A stretch of DNA of 64,000 bases from positions 160,001-224,000 of the forward strand of contig CAVYSE010000003.1 in assembly GCA_963771075.1 (NCBI GenBank). Reading direction: 5' to 3'. Shown here one piece after another: positions 20,498 through 32,159 of this stretch (positions are counted from its first letter, which is position 1; every line of letters begins with the position of its first letter). Origin of the DNA: a candidate division FCPU426 bacterium. Lineage in GTDB: Bacteria; Oederibacteriota; Muellerivitia; Muellerivitales; Muellerivitaceae. The translations under genes and the position numbers were made by a program. Below the pieces are notes generated by a model. It was not told the DNA's origin. It did not search any database and was given only the letters and a program-made list of their open reading frames with translations.

Positions 20498-21125
20498 AAA
20501 AATAATTTTGATCGTGGAAGACCAGCCGGGTTTCCGGCGTATTTATCGCGACGTGTTGGAAGCGGATGGATATGAGGTTCTGGAAGCCGAGGACGGGGAA
20601 ACGGGCTGGAACATGGCCAAAGGCCACAAACCCCACCTGATCCTGCTGGATTTGGGGCTCCCCATTCTCGATGGTTTCGCGGTCTTGAAAAAAGTCCGGG
20701 GTGATTCCGAAACACGCTCCATTCCCGTCATCATTTTTTCCGTCCTGGGCGAGCAGAAGGATATCCAGCGGGGAATGGAATTGGGCGCCAACGATTACAC
20801 GGTCAAGGGCTTTTACACTCCCCGGCAGATCCTGGTGAAGATCAAGGACCTGCTGGCAAAGACGCCCGCGCCGGAACAGGAAACTTCCCCCCAGGCCGCG
20901 CCCGCGCACTCCTCTCCCGTTCAGCCCTCTTCTTATAAGGTCCGGATGACCTCCGGCTGGGGCGAGGAATCCCGCTTCTGTTCCGAAGTGGGGCTGAACC
21001 CGGGACATCCCTGCCCCCATTGCAACACCGAGTTGGTCCTGGAATTGATCCCCGACTACCAGCGTACCGATGGACATTGGTTCACAGGCCACTTGACCTG
21101 CACCAGTTGCCATAAAAGCTTTTAA
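20490..21125 (+). CDS. Response regulator with C-terminal Cys-rich (putative zinc-binding) domain
   Basis: Receiver motifs; CPHC...DGHWF...CTSC. Confidence 0.85.
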   Translation: MPKKIILIVEDQPGFRRIYRDVLEADGYEVLEAEDGETGWNMAKGHKPHLILLDLGLPILDGFAVLKKVRGDSETRSIPVIIFSVLGEQKDIQRGMELGANDYTVKGFYTPRQILVKIKDLLAKTPAPEQETSPQAAPAHSSPVQPSSYKVRMTSGWGEESRFCSEVGLNPGHPCPHCNTELVLELIPDYQRTDGHWFTGHLTCTSCHKSF

Positions 21126-21139
21126 GGGGGCCCGGCCTG

Positions 21140-21778
21140 ATGGCGGAACAAAACATTCCCGATATTTCCTCGCCCGAGCCCGTCGGACCCACCAAGGGAC
21201 TCATCCTGATCTGCGATGACCAAAGGGGATTCCGAAGGATCTACCGGGATGTTTTGGAGCAGGATGGCTACCAGGTCCTGGAAGCGTCCACCGGCGAGGA
21301 AGGCTGGGACGCCATCCTGGAGCACAAGCCCGACCTGGTCCTTTTGGACCTCGGCTTGCCGGTGATGGACGGCTTTCAGGTGTTGGAAAAAATGCGCCGC
21401 AGTACCCAGACCCAGGATATTCCGGTCATTATTTTTTCCGTCCTGGGGGAACCCCGGGACGTCCAAAAAGCCATTCAGATGGGCGCCAACGACTATACGG
21501 TCAAGGGTTTTTACACTCCCCGCCAGATCCTCAGCAAGGTCCGGGACCTAATGCACAACCGGCAAAAAAGGTCGGCGGCCAATTCTTACCATCTCCAGAT
21601 CCAAGCCGAATTAATGGACGAACCCATCCTGAGGAACGATTTGGGCCTGGTGGACGGGCTCCAATGCCCTTCCTGCCACTTTCCCCTGGACGCGGAGTTT
21701 TTCCCCGATTACGCGCGGGCGGACGGCCATTGGTTCGCGGCCCGTTTCACCTGCCCCAAGTGCGGGAAGCCTTTTTGA
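21140..21778 (+). CDS. Paralogous response regulator with C-terminal Cys-rich domain
   Basis: Receiver motifs; CPSC...DGHWF...CPKC. Confidence 0.85.
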   Translation: MAEQNIPDISSPEPVGPTKGLILICDDQRGFRRIYRDVLEQDGYQVLEASTGEEGWDAILEHKPDLVLLDLGLPVMDGFQVLEKMRRSTQTQDIPVIIFSVLGEPRDVQKAIQMGANDYTVKGFYTPRQILSKVRDLMHNRQKRSAANSYHLQIQAELMDEPILRNDLGLVDGLQCPSCHFPLDAEFFPDYARADGHWFAARFTCPKCGKPF

Positions 21779-23945
21779 CGTCATCGTAGAGCCGAATGAA
21801 ACGTCCCCGCAAAAGCGTTTCCCGCTACCCCGCCGATCGATTCATCCCCGTGTACGCGGGGAACACACCCCCTCCTGGAAAGCGTACTGCGTGACCATCG
21901 GTTCATCCCCGCGTACGCGGGGAACGTTCAACATCTAAAACAATTTGCTCAACCCAGTCCGGTTCATCCCCGCGTACGCGGGGAACGTTGGCCTGTGCAA
22001 TTGGGGGAAAATGTATCCCTCGGTTCATCCCCGCGTACGCGGGGAACGTAAGCCAAGTTCAGGGCTTTTGTTTTACGGGCACGGTTCATCCCCGCGTACG
22101 CGGGGAACGTGGTCCGGGGACAACCTTCTTTTACGCACAAATCGGTTCATCCCCGCGTACGCGGGGAACGTTTAATTAATTAACCTAACTTTCTCTAAAA
22201 ACCCGGTTCATCCCCGCGTACGCGGGGAACGTTTGCATAGGCCAAAGCCTAAGACTGAAAAGACCGGTTCATCCCCGCGTACGCGGGGAACGTAAGGCCT
22301 TCATCCAGACCAACCCGGGTTGGGGCGGTTCATCCCCGCGTACGCGGGGAACGTAAAGGCATTTGATTGCGCGGGAAATCAATATACGGTTCATCCCCGC
22401 GTACGCGGGGAACGTCATTTCTTCTAAATCGGACAACGGTAAACCATCGGTTCATCCCCGCGTACGCGGGGAACGTTACATCCTCCCGTTAACAACGTAT
22501 TCAAGAGCCGGTTCATCCCCGCGTACGCGGGGAACGTCTAGTAATGAGGCATTAAATGAATTGGTTTTGCGGTTCATCCCCGCGTACGCGGGGAACGTTA
22601 CAATGTGGCAACCGCGGCCTCGATTACCGGCGGTTCATCCCCGCGTACGCGGGGAACGTCGATACTAACTCATGCAAATACCGGCAATCACCGGTTCATC
22701 CCCGCGTACGCGGGGAACGTACTGATTCTGAAATTCCTGTATCGTCTATTTCCGGTTCATCCCCGCGTACGCGGGGAACGTGATGCTTTGGCTGGCCGGA
22801 ACAACTGCTGGACCGGTTCATCCCCGCGTACGCGGGGAACGTAAAAGAGAGAGTTAACCGAAACGTTTTCCATCCGGTTCATCCCCGCGTACGCGGGGAA
22901 CGTAGTCAAGCGCACTCCGAACCGCCGCTCGGTTTCGGTTCATCCCCGCGTACGCGGGGAACGTTGTGAGGGCCGGCGAAAATAGGCCCGCTAAAGCGGT
23001 TCATCCCCGCGTACGCGGGGAACGTGACGCTCAATTTTTCCTAGACAACTTGGATTCCGGTTCATCCCCGCGTACGCGGGGAACGTGTTTTAGCTAAGTC
23101 TGATTTAACATCTTATGCCGGTTCATCCCCGCGTACGCGGGGAACGTGTCTAGGACAAATTGAGGCATCATAATCGCTCACGGTTCATCCCCGCGTACGC
23201 GGGGAACGTTCAGTGGACTCCACCTTGTGCTCCACGGACGCGCGGTTCATCCCCGCGTACGCGGGGAACGTTTGCTGAGTATCGTCTCGATCTCTGTCAC
23301 GAGCGGTTCATCCCCGCGTACGCGGGGAACGCTATCCTTGAGAATTGAGGCGAGGCATCTTGTATCCGGTTCATCCCCGCGTACGCGGGGAACGTTGGGG
23401 TATGCTAGGGTATGACAATTAATCTCGGTTCATCCCCGCGTACGCGGGGAACGTTAGACCCTTTTGAATTCCGACCGGAAAAATTCCGGTTCATCCCCGC
23501 GTACGCGGGGAACGTGACTGATACCCACAAGTTTTATGGCGAAGGACCGGTTCATCCCCGCGTACGCGGGGAACGTCGGTGTTCACACGTTGCAGCTGGA
23601 GCGCTGGACGGTTCATCCCCGCGTACGCGGGGAACGTTCCAATCGACTTTGCCAATTCGCAAATACTTCTCGGTTCATCCCCGCGTACGCGGGGAACGTC
23701 TGTCATTCGGCCATTATGCGTACCATCGAGTCGGTTCATCCCCGCGTACGCGGGGAACGTTTGCCTTGGTTTTGGTGCCATTATCGGCCTACCCGGTTCA
23801 TCCCCGCGTACGCGGGGAACGTTTCACCATCTTCTGCTGGGCCTCGTCCTTGGCCGGTTCATCCCCGCGTACGCGGGGAACGTTAGAAACTCTCTCCCTT
23901 AAATTTAACTACCCCGGTTCATCCCCGCGTACGCGGGGAACGTAA

Positions 23946-25000
23946 CCCGAGTTCCATAAGTAAGTGCAACACTCAGTGCAAGAAGAAAGCCGCCTCCATA
24001 GGATAGGCGGCCATGAAAAAAAACTACAAGCATTTAAGCGTTGAAGAAAGAGATCACTTGGCCGTTTTGAAGGGGAAAGGTCATGGGGTCCGGGATATCG
24101 CCAGAATCCTCAAGCGTTCCCCATCCACCATCTCCCGCGAACTCAAGCGCAACGCCCCAACCATCCGCACGGGTTATTACTTAGCCCACCGTGCCCACCT
24201 ACGATATATCGTCCGTAACCAGCAACGGGCACGCCGTTTACGCCTGAAAACAAAGCGAATTCGTGCCTACGTCCGCCGTCAATTGAAACGAGGTTGGTCT
24301 CCTGAACTCATTTCGGGTCGTTGGAGCTGCCTACATCCCAAGCAAACCATTGGCCCCGAAGCCATCTACCAGTGGATTTACATTGAGGCCACTGATTTGA
24401 TCTCTTACCTCGTTCGACACCACCGGCAACGTCTCTCTTTCGGCCACAGCCGTAAGCACGCCAAAAACCATATTCCAGGCCGTGTTTCCATCGACAAAAG
24501 GCCCAAGGCCGTCAACCAACGCAAGCAGTTCGGCCATTGGGAAACCGACACCATGGTCTCCCGTGAAAGCAAAGTCGCCATGCGGGCTCTCGTCGAACGT
24601 CAAAGCCGTTTTTCCAAGTTGGGAAAGCTCAAACGAAAAACAGCTGCCCAAATGAGTCACAGCCTCAATCGTACTTTAGGCCGCTTCCCTCAAGAAGCTC
24701 GTCTGAGTTTGACCTACGACAATGGAACCGAAAACACCAACCACCTGGAAACCAACCGCGTGCTTGGTACAAAATCCTTTTTCGGTGCGCCTTTCCACAG
24801 TTGGGAAAAAGGCACTGTAGAAAATACCATTGGTCTTGTTCGCCGTTATTTGCCCAAAAAGACTGACCTTGCTAAAGTATCTCTCAAAGAATTCAAAGCC
24901 ATCGAAAGATGGCTCAATCACAGGCCCAGAAAATGTTTGGGTTTTAAAACTCCGGCGGAAGTCTTCCGGCGAAGTGTTGCACTTACTCCGTGAATTCAGC
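23946..25000 (+). mobile_element. IS30-family insertion sequence
   Basis: Imperfect 28-bp terminal IRs sharing AGTAAGTGCAACACT; TAA(C) target duplication. Confidence 0.92.
24013..24993 (+). CDS. IS30-family transposase
   Basis: HLSVEER..STISRELKRN, GHWETDT, YDNGTE, WEKGTVENT, LNHRPRKCLGFKTP. Confidence 0.95.
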   Translation: MKKNYKHLSVEERDHLAVLKGKGHGVRDIARILKRSPSTISRELKRNAPTIRTGYYLAHRAHLRYIVRNQQRARRLRLKTKRIRAYVRRQLKRGWSPELISGRWSCLHPKQTIGPEAIYQWIYIEATDLISYLVRHHRQRLSFGHSRKHAKNHIPGRVSIDKRPKAVNQRKQFGHWETDTMVSRESKVAMRALVERQSRFSKLGKLKRKTAAQMSHSLNRTLGRFPQEARLSLTYDNGTENTNHLETNRVLGTKSFFGAPFHSWEKGTVENTIGLVRRYLPKKTDLAKVSLKEFKAIERWLNHRPRKCLGFKTPAEVFRRSVALTP

Positions 25001-25553
25001 TAACTTCACCTGAGCGATACTGATTTTTTTAAACGGTTCATCCCCGCGTACGCGGGGAACGTTCAGGGGTGACGTTTCCGGAATCAGGGTGACCGGTTCA
25101 TCCCCGCGTACGCGGGGAACGTTCGGTGATCGCCCAATTTCACCATTCCGCCTTCGGTTCATCCCCGCGTACGCGGGGAACGTAGGTCTTATCCTCCTTT
25201 CCCTTGACTCTCTTTCGGTTCATCCCCGCGTACGCGGGGAACGTAGACCAAGATTGAGCCACACCTTCTTCCTAGCCCGGTTCATCCCCGCGTACGCGGG
25301 GAACGCTGGCATGGCAATACGGAAATGGGGACAGATCAAATCGGTTCATCCCCGCGTACGCGGGGAACGTTGTCACACAGGCGGGAGCGGCGACGACATC
25401 TCCGGTTCATCCCCGCGTACGCGGGGAACGTTTCTTCTGTTTCGGCATGAGCAGGTTCCTCCTCGGTTCATCCCCGCGTACGCGGGGAACGTGGCTTGTA
25501 ACTGATTCATTAGTCACGACCTCCCGGTTCATCCCCGCGTACGCGGGGAACGT

Positions 25554-25617
25554 ACTTATAAACGGCCATTTAACGCGTCATTTTTCCGTCAAACGGCTCC
25601 GTAGCCCTAAAAACGCC
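25554..25617 (-). promoter_or_regulatory. Short CRISPR leader
   Basis: 64 bp between the cas2 stop and the first non-degenerate repeat. Confidence 0.6.
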
Positions 25618-26826
<1,209 letters not shown>

Positions 26827-26830
<4 letters not shown>

Positions 26831-27315
26831 TTGGGGCCTTCCTGCGCTTTTGGCAGTTCCTCAAGCTTGTACCGGACATACTTGCCGCCCCCCACCCGCA
26901 CCAGGCGTTTGCCGTGCATCATCCGAAAGACGTGATTTAAGAAGAAATAGTTGTCCCCCCTTCGGGTCACCCCTTGGCAGAGGTCCAAAAGCCGATTCAA
27001 GTTATAAATTAGGGTACTTTTGGGAACGCCCAGTTCACGTGCTAAATCCCCTGGGGCGATTTCCCCCTCACGTTCAATGCAATCTATGATCTTTTTCCAA
27101 TATTCCATGGCATCCTCATGCGGGCGTCTTCCTTTTTTTCTGTTGAGATAGGCTTCTGTTTTAGGTTTGGGCGCCTTGTCTTTGGTGATGGATTGGATGG
27201 GTTGCGCCAAGGGAGGTGATTCAACAGGCGGGTTTGGCTTTGGGTGTGCAGCTTGGGTAGTATTTAAGCCAAAGAGACCCTTGATTAAACTTTTAATAGA
27301 CGGTTCATCTGCCAT
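26827..27315 (-). CDS. Winged-HTH domain protein translationally coupled to cas1
   Basis: GEIAPGDLARELGVPKSTLIYNLNRL; wing LVRVGGGKYVRY; ATGA overlap with cas1. Confidence 0.7.
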
Positions 27316-27337
27316 ACACCCACCATCCTTTCACCTT

Positions 27338-27809
27338 CTCACGTCCAATTTTAGCCGTGTTGTCGCTTTAATTGGACGCGAGGCAGTTTAAATGTCGTTT
27401 AAACGAGCCTTACATTCCCAAGACAAAACAGACCTTTGTCTTATTAGAAAAAATCCAATGTTTTCCGGCCCAGGTTATCCATCCGTCACGTCCAATTTTA
27501 GCCGCGTTACAGTTTTAATTGGACGCGAGACGCGTTTATCAACCCCTACCGTTCCATACGACTCCATCCCTTTGCCATCTCACGTCCAATTAATACCGCA
27601 TTGCGGACAAAATTGGACGCGAGACACCCTGCATAAACCATCTCAAACACCCAACTTGTGCAAGAGGCCCTTGCACAATTGACCGGTTGAGCTAAGCCGA
27701 AACAAAAACCCACATATACTTGAGATTCCGGGGTAAAAACCCCTCATGTCCGGGAAAGCGGCGGATAAACTTGCCAATTAATTCCGAAATACGGAAATAA
27801 TTGGCAAGT
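27338..27809. repeat. Four inverted-repeat boxes CCAATT-N19-AATTGG (27338-27382, 27485-27529, 27579-27623, 27769-27809)
   Basis: Three 45-bp copies (C/G)TCACGTCCAATT-N19-AATTGGACGCGAG; fourth has ACTTG/CAAGT outer arms and the same spacing. Confidence 0.85.
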
Positions 27810-27832
27810 AAGCCCCGGAAAACGACCGTGAC

Positions 27833-28894
27833 TTAAACCCGGTAGGATACACGGCTTTCCATGAGCCGTTGGGTTTTCATGATTTCCCCGGCCAAGGTAT
27901 CCTCATCCGGCAGGGCCATACGGTATTCCGCCGCCATGATCTTGTTGGGTAGACCCTCCAAAGCGTATTTAGCGACTGCCTCGTCCCTTTGGGCGCACAA
28001 GATCAGGCCTACCGGGGGGTTTTCCTCCTCCCGGGCCCAGTGTTCCCGGGCGTAATTGAGGTACATGTGCATCTGGCCCGCGTCGGCGTGGGTGAACTTG
28101 CCGATTTTCAGGTCGATCACCACCAAGCAACGCAGTTTTCGGTGGAAGAAGAGCAAATCCACCCGGTACCATTCGTCGCCGATTCTCAGCCGTTTTTGGC
28201 GGCCCACGAAGGTGAAGTCCCCGCCCAGTTCCATCAGGAAGTATTCCAACTGCCGTATGAGGGCTTCCTCCAGGTCGTTCTCGGAATACTCGTCTTTCAG
28301 CCCCAAAAACTCCAAAACCAGGGGATCTTTCAGTTCCGTCTCGGGCGTTGTTTCCTCTCCCGCTTGTGCCTTTTCGCCCTTGCGGAGCATGGAAGCCTTG
28401 TTTTTGGACATGGACGTGCGCTCGTAAAACAGACTGGAAACCTGCCGGTCCAACTGCCGCACGCTCCATCCGCCCCGCAGGGCCTCGGTTTCATAAAAGG
28501 CCCTGGCCTTTGGTGAACGGCTTTTCCGGACCAACAGAACGTAATGAGACCAAGAAAGGGGAAAAACACCGGCTAATTGGACAGCCTCTAATTTCCGAGA
28601 CAGCGTCTCGGAAATCTTTTCGGATGAATAAGCCATATAGAAAAGCCGCATGGTTTCAAGGTTATCGTGTGAAAACCCCCGCCCAAACTGATTGGTCAAA
28701 TCCTCTCCCAACTGTTTGAGCAAAGCTTCCCCATACCCGGCCCTTTCCTTACCGCCCTGCTCAAATTCCACGATCCGGCGGCCCACCAGCCAATAGGTGG
28801 CGGTCATGACCGAATTGACGGTCCGGGCGGAGGTCCGACGGGCTTCGGCCAGGTAATCGGCGACTTCCTTCAGGAGGACATCATAATTTTTCAT
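27833..28894 (-). CDS. yhcG: YhcG/DUF1016 PD-(D/E)XK nuclease-domain protein
   Basis: YWLVGRRIVE..GYG, LSWSHY, KDPLVLEFLGL, VDLLFFH..IDLK..GQMHMY. Confidence 0.93.
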   Translation of the reverse strand: MKNYDVLLKEVADYLAEARRTSARTVNSVMTATYWLVGRRIVEFEQGGKERAGYGEALLKQLGEDLTNQFGRGFSHDNLETMRLFYMAYSSEKISETLSRKLEAVQLAGVFPLSWSHYVLLVRKSRSPKARAFYETEALRGGWSVRQLDRQVSSLFYERTSMSKNKASMLRKGEKAQAGEETTPETELKDPLVLEFLGLKDEYSENDLEEALIRQLEYFLMELGGDFTFVGRQKRLRIGDEWYRVDLLFFHRKLRCLVVIDLKIGKFTHADAGQMHMYLNYAREHWAREEENPPVGLILCAQRDEAVAKYALEGLPNKIMAAEYRMALPDEDTLAGEIMKTQRLMESRVSYRV

Positions 28895-29526
28895 GCAGGA
28901 ACCACCGAAAAGAGGCCTAATCCCATTGCTTTACCCCTACCAATGCCGGTTTTAACGGCGGTTTTAAACTTCTCCGGTTCCTTTACCGTAAGAATTCCGT
29001 CAAAAAGGACAGAAAATGCGTGAATGGCACCGCCATTACGCCTATCACCATGGGCCATCTTTTCTTCCGAGACATGGATTGATACCAGGGAAAAACCGTG
29101 GTTCTCCCCCTTCCTGGCAAGCCATTTTTCCTGTTCCACCAAGCGCAATAGACCCAGGCGTTTCCCATTGTGGATATCGGTTTTGCTGGGATTGGCCCGC
29201 AATCGGTAACGAAACCTTTGCCCTATTGAAAGGGAACCCAATTTCAACCGACCGGTTAAATCAATCGGAGAATCTGGATCGCGGGCGAACCAATCCTTAA
29301 CCCCGATTCGTGACCAATCAGGTGTTGAACGGCTTTGGACCAAAACCCTTGGATTCCCTTTCGGGTCTGTTTCCGGCTCCAAACGCCAAAGGATCTCCCC
29401 TGGTGGACATTTCTTTTCAGGTGTCGAAAACGCCCGGCAAAGGGTGGAATGCATCTCATAAGGATCGGCCAAATCGCGCCGGGCTTCCTTGCAGCGAAGG
29501 TTGAGGTGCAACCTATGCAGGAGCAT
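28891..29526 (-). CDS. cas6e: Cas6e (Cse3)
   Basis: DPYEMH, YRLRANP, GIGRGKAMGLGL. Confidence 0.95.
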   Translation of the reverse strand: MLLHRLHLNLRCKEARRDLADPYEMHSTLCRAFSTPEKKCPPGEILWRLEPETDPKGNPRVLVQSRSTPDWSRIGVKDWFARDPDSPIDLTGRLKLGSLSIGQRFRYRLRANPSKTDIHNGKRLGLLRLVEQEKWLARKGENHGFSLVSIHVSEEKMAHGDRRNGGAIHAFSVLFDGILTVKEPEKFKTAVKTGIGRGKAMGLGLFSVVPA

Positions 29527-30181
29527 GGACGGCCTCCTTGCCAAAGGGTATCCATTCAGAGTTCACGAAACGGGCCCCAAAACGCCGTTCGGCGAACGAA
29601 GAAAGGGGCTGGTCCATTCGCATGGTCCCGGTGCCATCCTCGGATTCCCACGAGTAAAGCAGTTTTTCTGGTAAATCCCCCGTTCCCAACCAGGGGTAGG
29701 CCATGAGGGCATCCCGAAGGGATTTGTCTTGAATGCCATCAGGTAGCCAGATTGGTTCGGAAGGCACATAAGATTTCCGTCCTAAGGCCAAAGGCCAAGT
29801 GGGATTACACAAGGCCCCATGAATTTCCTCAAGAAAAGTTCGATCTTTTCCTTCTAGGCCCACCAAAAAAGCCGCATCAGCCAGGTATTCACGGGTAGTA
29901 ACTGCCGTTTCATGGATTTTGCTATGGTCAGCCGAAATAATGTGTTGAGCCGTCTGGTAATCACGTTTTGGAATTCCGGACCTGTCATGGCGAATTCCCA
30001 TTTTTAACATCGTTAGGGGCTCCAATTCTTCCCATTTTTCCCGGTCAATTCCCCTTGCCGCCGCCAGCAATCCGATTACGCCGGACTTGCTCGGTTCTTT
30101 GCCAGTATCCCGCTGGTCGAAACGGCTGATGGTTCCCCAGGATTGCATAGGTCCCACCAGCCTTAATAGAAGGGTCGCCAT
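29513..30181 (-). CDS. cas5e: Cas5e (CasD)
   Basis: LRLVGPMQSWG..PSKSGVIGLLAAA, REYLADA, LGRKS. Confidence 0.95.
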   Translation of the reverse strand: MATLLLRLVGPMQSWGTISRFDQRDTGKEPSKSGVIGLLAAARGIDREKWEELEPLTMLKMGIRHDRSGIPKRDYQTAQHIISADHSKIHETAVTTREYLADAAFLVGLEGKDRTFLEEIHGALCNPTWPLALGRKSYVPSEPIWLPDGIQDKSLRDALMAYPWLGTGDLPEKLLYSWESEDGTGTMRMDQPLSSFAERRFGARFVNSEWIPFGKEAVHAPA

Positions 30182-30183
30182 AG

Positions 30184-31341
30184 CTATGCCTCCACGGCAG
30201 CCAAGGTTTTATCCAACAACTCTTGAAGCGACTTAACTTCCGTGGCGTAACCATTTATATCCACGCCAGTTAAGTTAAGCGCATAAGCCGTACTGTCGCC
30301 CCCATAGGCGGCTTGCAGGACCTTGTCCTTCTCAACCAAACGGTTGGCCGATTCCCCGATCAACGATTGATCCTTCTTGACCTTAACTGGAACTTCAAAA
30401 GCGTTAGCGACATTTCGGGGGGAGCAATCCTTGCGGACCTTGGTCACCACGAATTCGGATGGATTATGGGCGGCAAAGGTATTTTGTTTCCCTGTCGGCT
30501 CGGCGACGATGAAACCCTCCAGAAAAGCCCGCAATCCCTTTTTCGCCAACGCCTCGTCTTTTTGAAGATTCTGGGTGAGCTTGGTCCAGTCCACGACGGC
30601 GTAACGGTAAAAACATGCCGAGTTGAACTCCACCGTGCCCATCATGTCGGCGCCGCTAGTGTCCCCCGGCTTGAGATCATCGACGGCTGTGTAGAAATCA
30701 AATTCCCGGTCCACCGCGTGGGTCGAGATGGCATGAGCCACCTGGCAGGCGGCGTCCTGGTTTTTCTCAGGCATATCCGCGAGCATCCGTCCAAAAAGGG
30801 CCACGTCCACCGATTTGCCGCCGTTGAGCGTTTTCTCAAGAGCAGCCTTCAATTCCGGCGATGCACCCTTGGCTGCTTCTTTTTTCGTTTTTCCACCCTT
30901 CTTGTCCTCATCCTTTCCTTCACTCTTTTTTATGCTTTTCCATTGGTCATGAATGACCCCGGCGATTCCCTCAATTTCCCTTTGACCCAAAAATAAAAGG
31001 TACTGGTTTTTGCCATCATCCTTAATCGAAAGCTCAATGGCCGCCAGTGCTTGGCGTACCTTTTCCGCCGACTCTTCCTCACCATGCCCTTTATCCTTAA
31101 GCGATTTCACCAAGGCGTCCGACAGACGTTTGGTGCGGGTCGCCACGTCTTCAGGAGTCAACTTTCCTTGTTCCACCAAACCTTTGAAATACTCCCGCAC
31201 GGCCCGTTTGAGACATTGGCTCGATACCCTCGCACGACGTGTTCCACCGAACAAGGCGTCCTTGGGAGCTCCGGTATCATCACGATTCAAATTTGACGGG
31301 GCGAAATTCTGCAAAACATGGATTTCAATCAACTTTTTCAT
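30184..31341 (-). CDS. cas7e: Cas7e (Cse4/CasC)
   Basis: NLNRDDTGAPK..RARVSSQ, DVALFGRM, DFYTAVDD, PTGKQNTFA. Confidence 0.97.
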   Translation of the reverse strand: MKKLIEIHVLQNFAPSNLNRDDTGAPKDALFGGTRRARVSSQCLKRAVREYFKGLVEQGKLTPEDVATRTKRLSDALVKSLKDKGHGEEESAEKVRQALAAIELSIKDDGKNQYLLFLGQREIEGIAGVIHDQWKSIKKSEGKDEDKKGGKTKKEAAKGASPELKAALEKTLNGGKSVDVALFGRMLADMPEKNQDAACQVAHAISTHAVDREFDFYTAVDDLKPGDTSGADMMGTVEFNSACFYRYAVVDWTKLTQNLQKDEALAKKGLRAFLEGFIVAEPTGKQNTFAAHNPSEFVVTKVRKDCSPRNVANAFEVPVKVKKDQSLIGESANRLVEKDKVLQAAYGGDSTAYALNLTGVDINGYATEVKSLQELLDKTLAAVEA

Positions 31342-31883
31342 TCTACTTCCTCCTTGGATAAACTGGTTTCATGAACTGGTTCGTTCTCATTCTCTTTTTC
31401 GGTTTCCGTCTTCCAATGCCGGTAAAAATCCTGTGCCCAACGGTTCTGAACCCATTTTTTCTCGTGCGTCCAGGATAACAAGTCCTTTAAGAGAAGCTCA
31501 AAATCCAACGGGTATTCCTTTAAAATTCCCACCATTTGACGCAAACGGTAAGGTAACTGGTCGGGGTCGGAATCCAGTAACGTGATAAAGCGGCGTTCCA
31601 CGCTGGGTGATTCCCCCTGAGATAAGTAATATTCAAAGCACGCATTTGCCACCGTTTGCGGATTCCCTGACCGTTCTTGCCGCCAATGAGTGGCCCACAA
31701 GCCCGCAACAAGATAATAAAAGTCGCGCTTCCATGAGCCGTTCTCACCTTTTATAAAAGGTTCGACATAAGGATAGGCTGATGGATATTCACCAGCCTCA
31801 AATGCAAGGCTTCTCCGCAAAACCGCCCGAACACGGGTGTCTTTCCGGTTCAATATCTCCAACCATTCGATAAATCCGTTCAT
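31338..31883 (-). CDS. cse2: Cas11e (Cse2/CasB)
   Basis: RAVLRR, SVERRF..LL, L..DL..W...WAQDFY. Confidence 0.92.
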   Translation of the reverse strand: MNGFIEWLEILNRKDTRVRAVLRRSLAFEAGEYPSAYPYVEPFIKGENGSWKRDFYYLVAGLWATHWRQERSGNPQTVANACFEYYLSQGESPSVERRFITLLDSDPDQLPYRLRQMVGILKEYPLDFELLLKDLLSWTHEKKWVQNRWAQDFYRHWKTETEKENENEPVHETSLSKEEVE

Positions 31884-32159
31884 GCAACCTCCTTTTTGGG
31901 ATTAATTAATTTTTCCAATTCGTTGATCTTCCTACGGATAGGGCCTTCCGCCTTCACCAGTGCCCGGATGGCCCAGGCGTCGCTTAGTGATATCAACGTT
32001 CTTTGTTTCTCCCACGCATTCCTCAAAGCATCGCGAATTGCGGTAAACCATTCCCTTTCTATCTCATCCGGATTACGTTCCACGGTGTAATCCTGAAGCA
32101 TCTCGTGAAAATGGCCTTCAAGAACGGCCCAATACAAAGAAATCGAAGGTAACTGTTTA

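Larger units (their letters stand above)
21838..25553 (-). CRISPR. Type I-E CRISPR array, 44 repeats (35 + 9, split by an IS30 element); 29-bp repeat ACGTTCCCCGCGTACGCGGGGATGAACCG, spacers mostly 32 bp
   Basis: ~61-bp periodicity counted by hand; degenerate distal repeat at 21838; leader next to cas2. Confidence 0.99.

Noticed and set aside
21838..25553. Self-targeting spacers within this window
   Set aside because: None noticed by eye; an exhaustive alignment was not possible, so this is untested rather than excluded.
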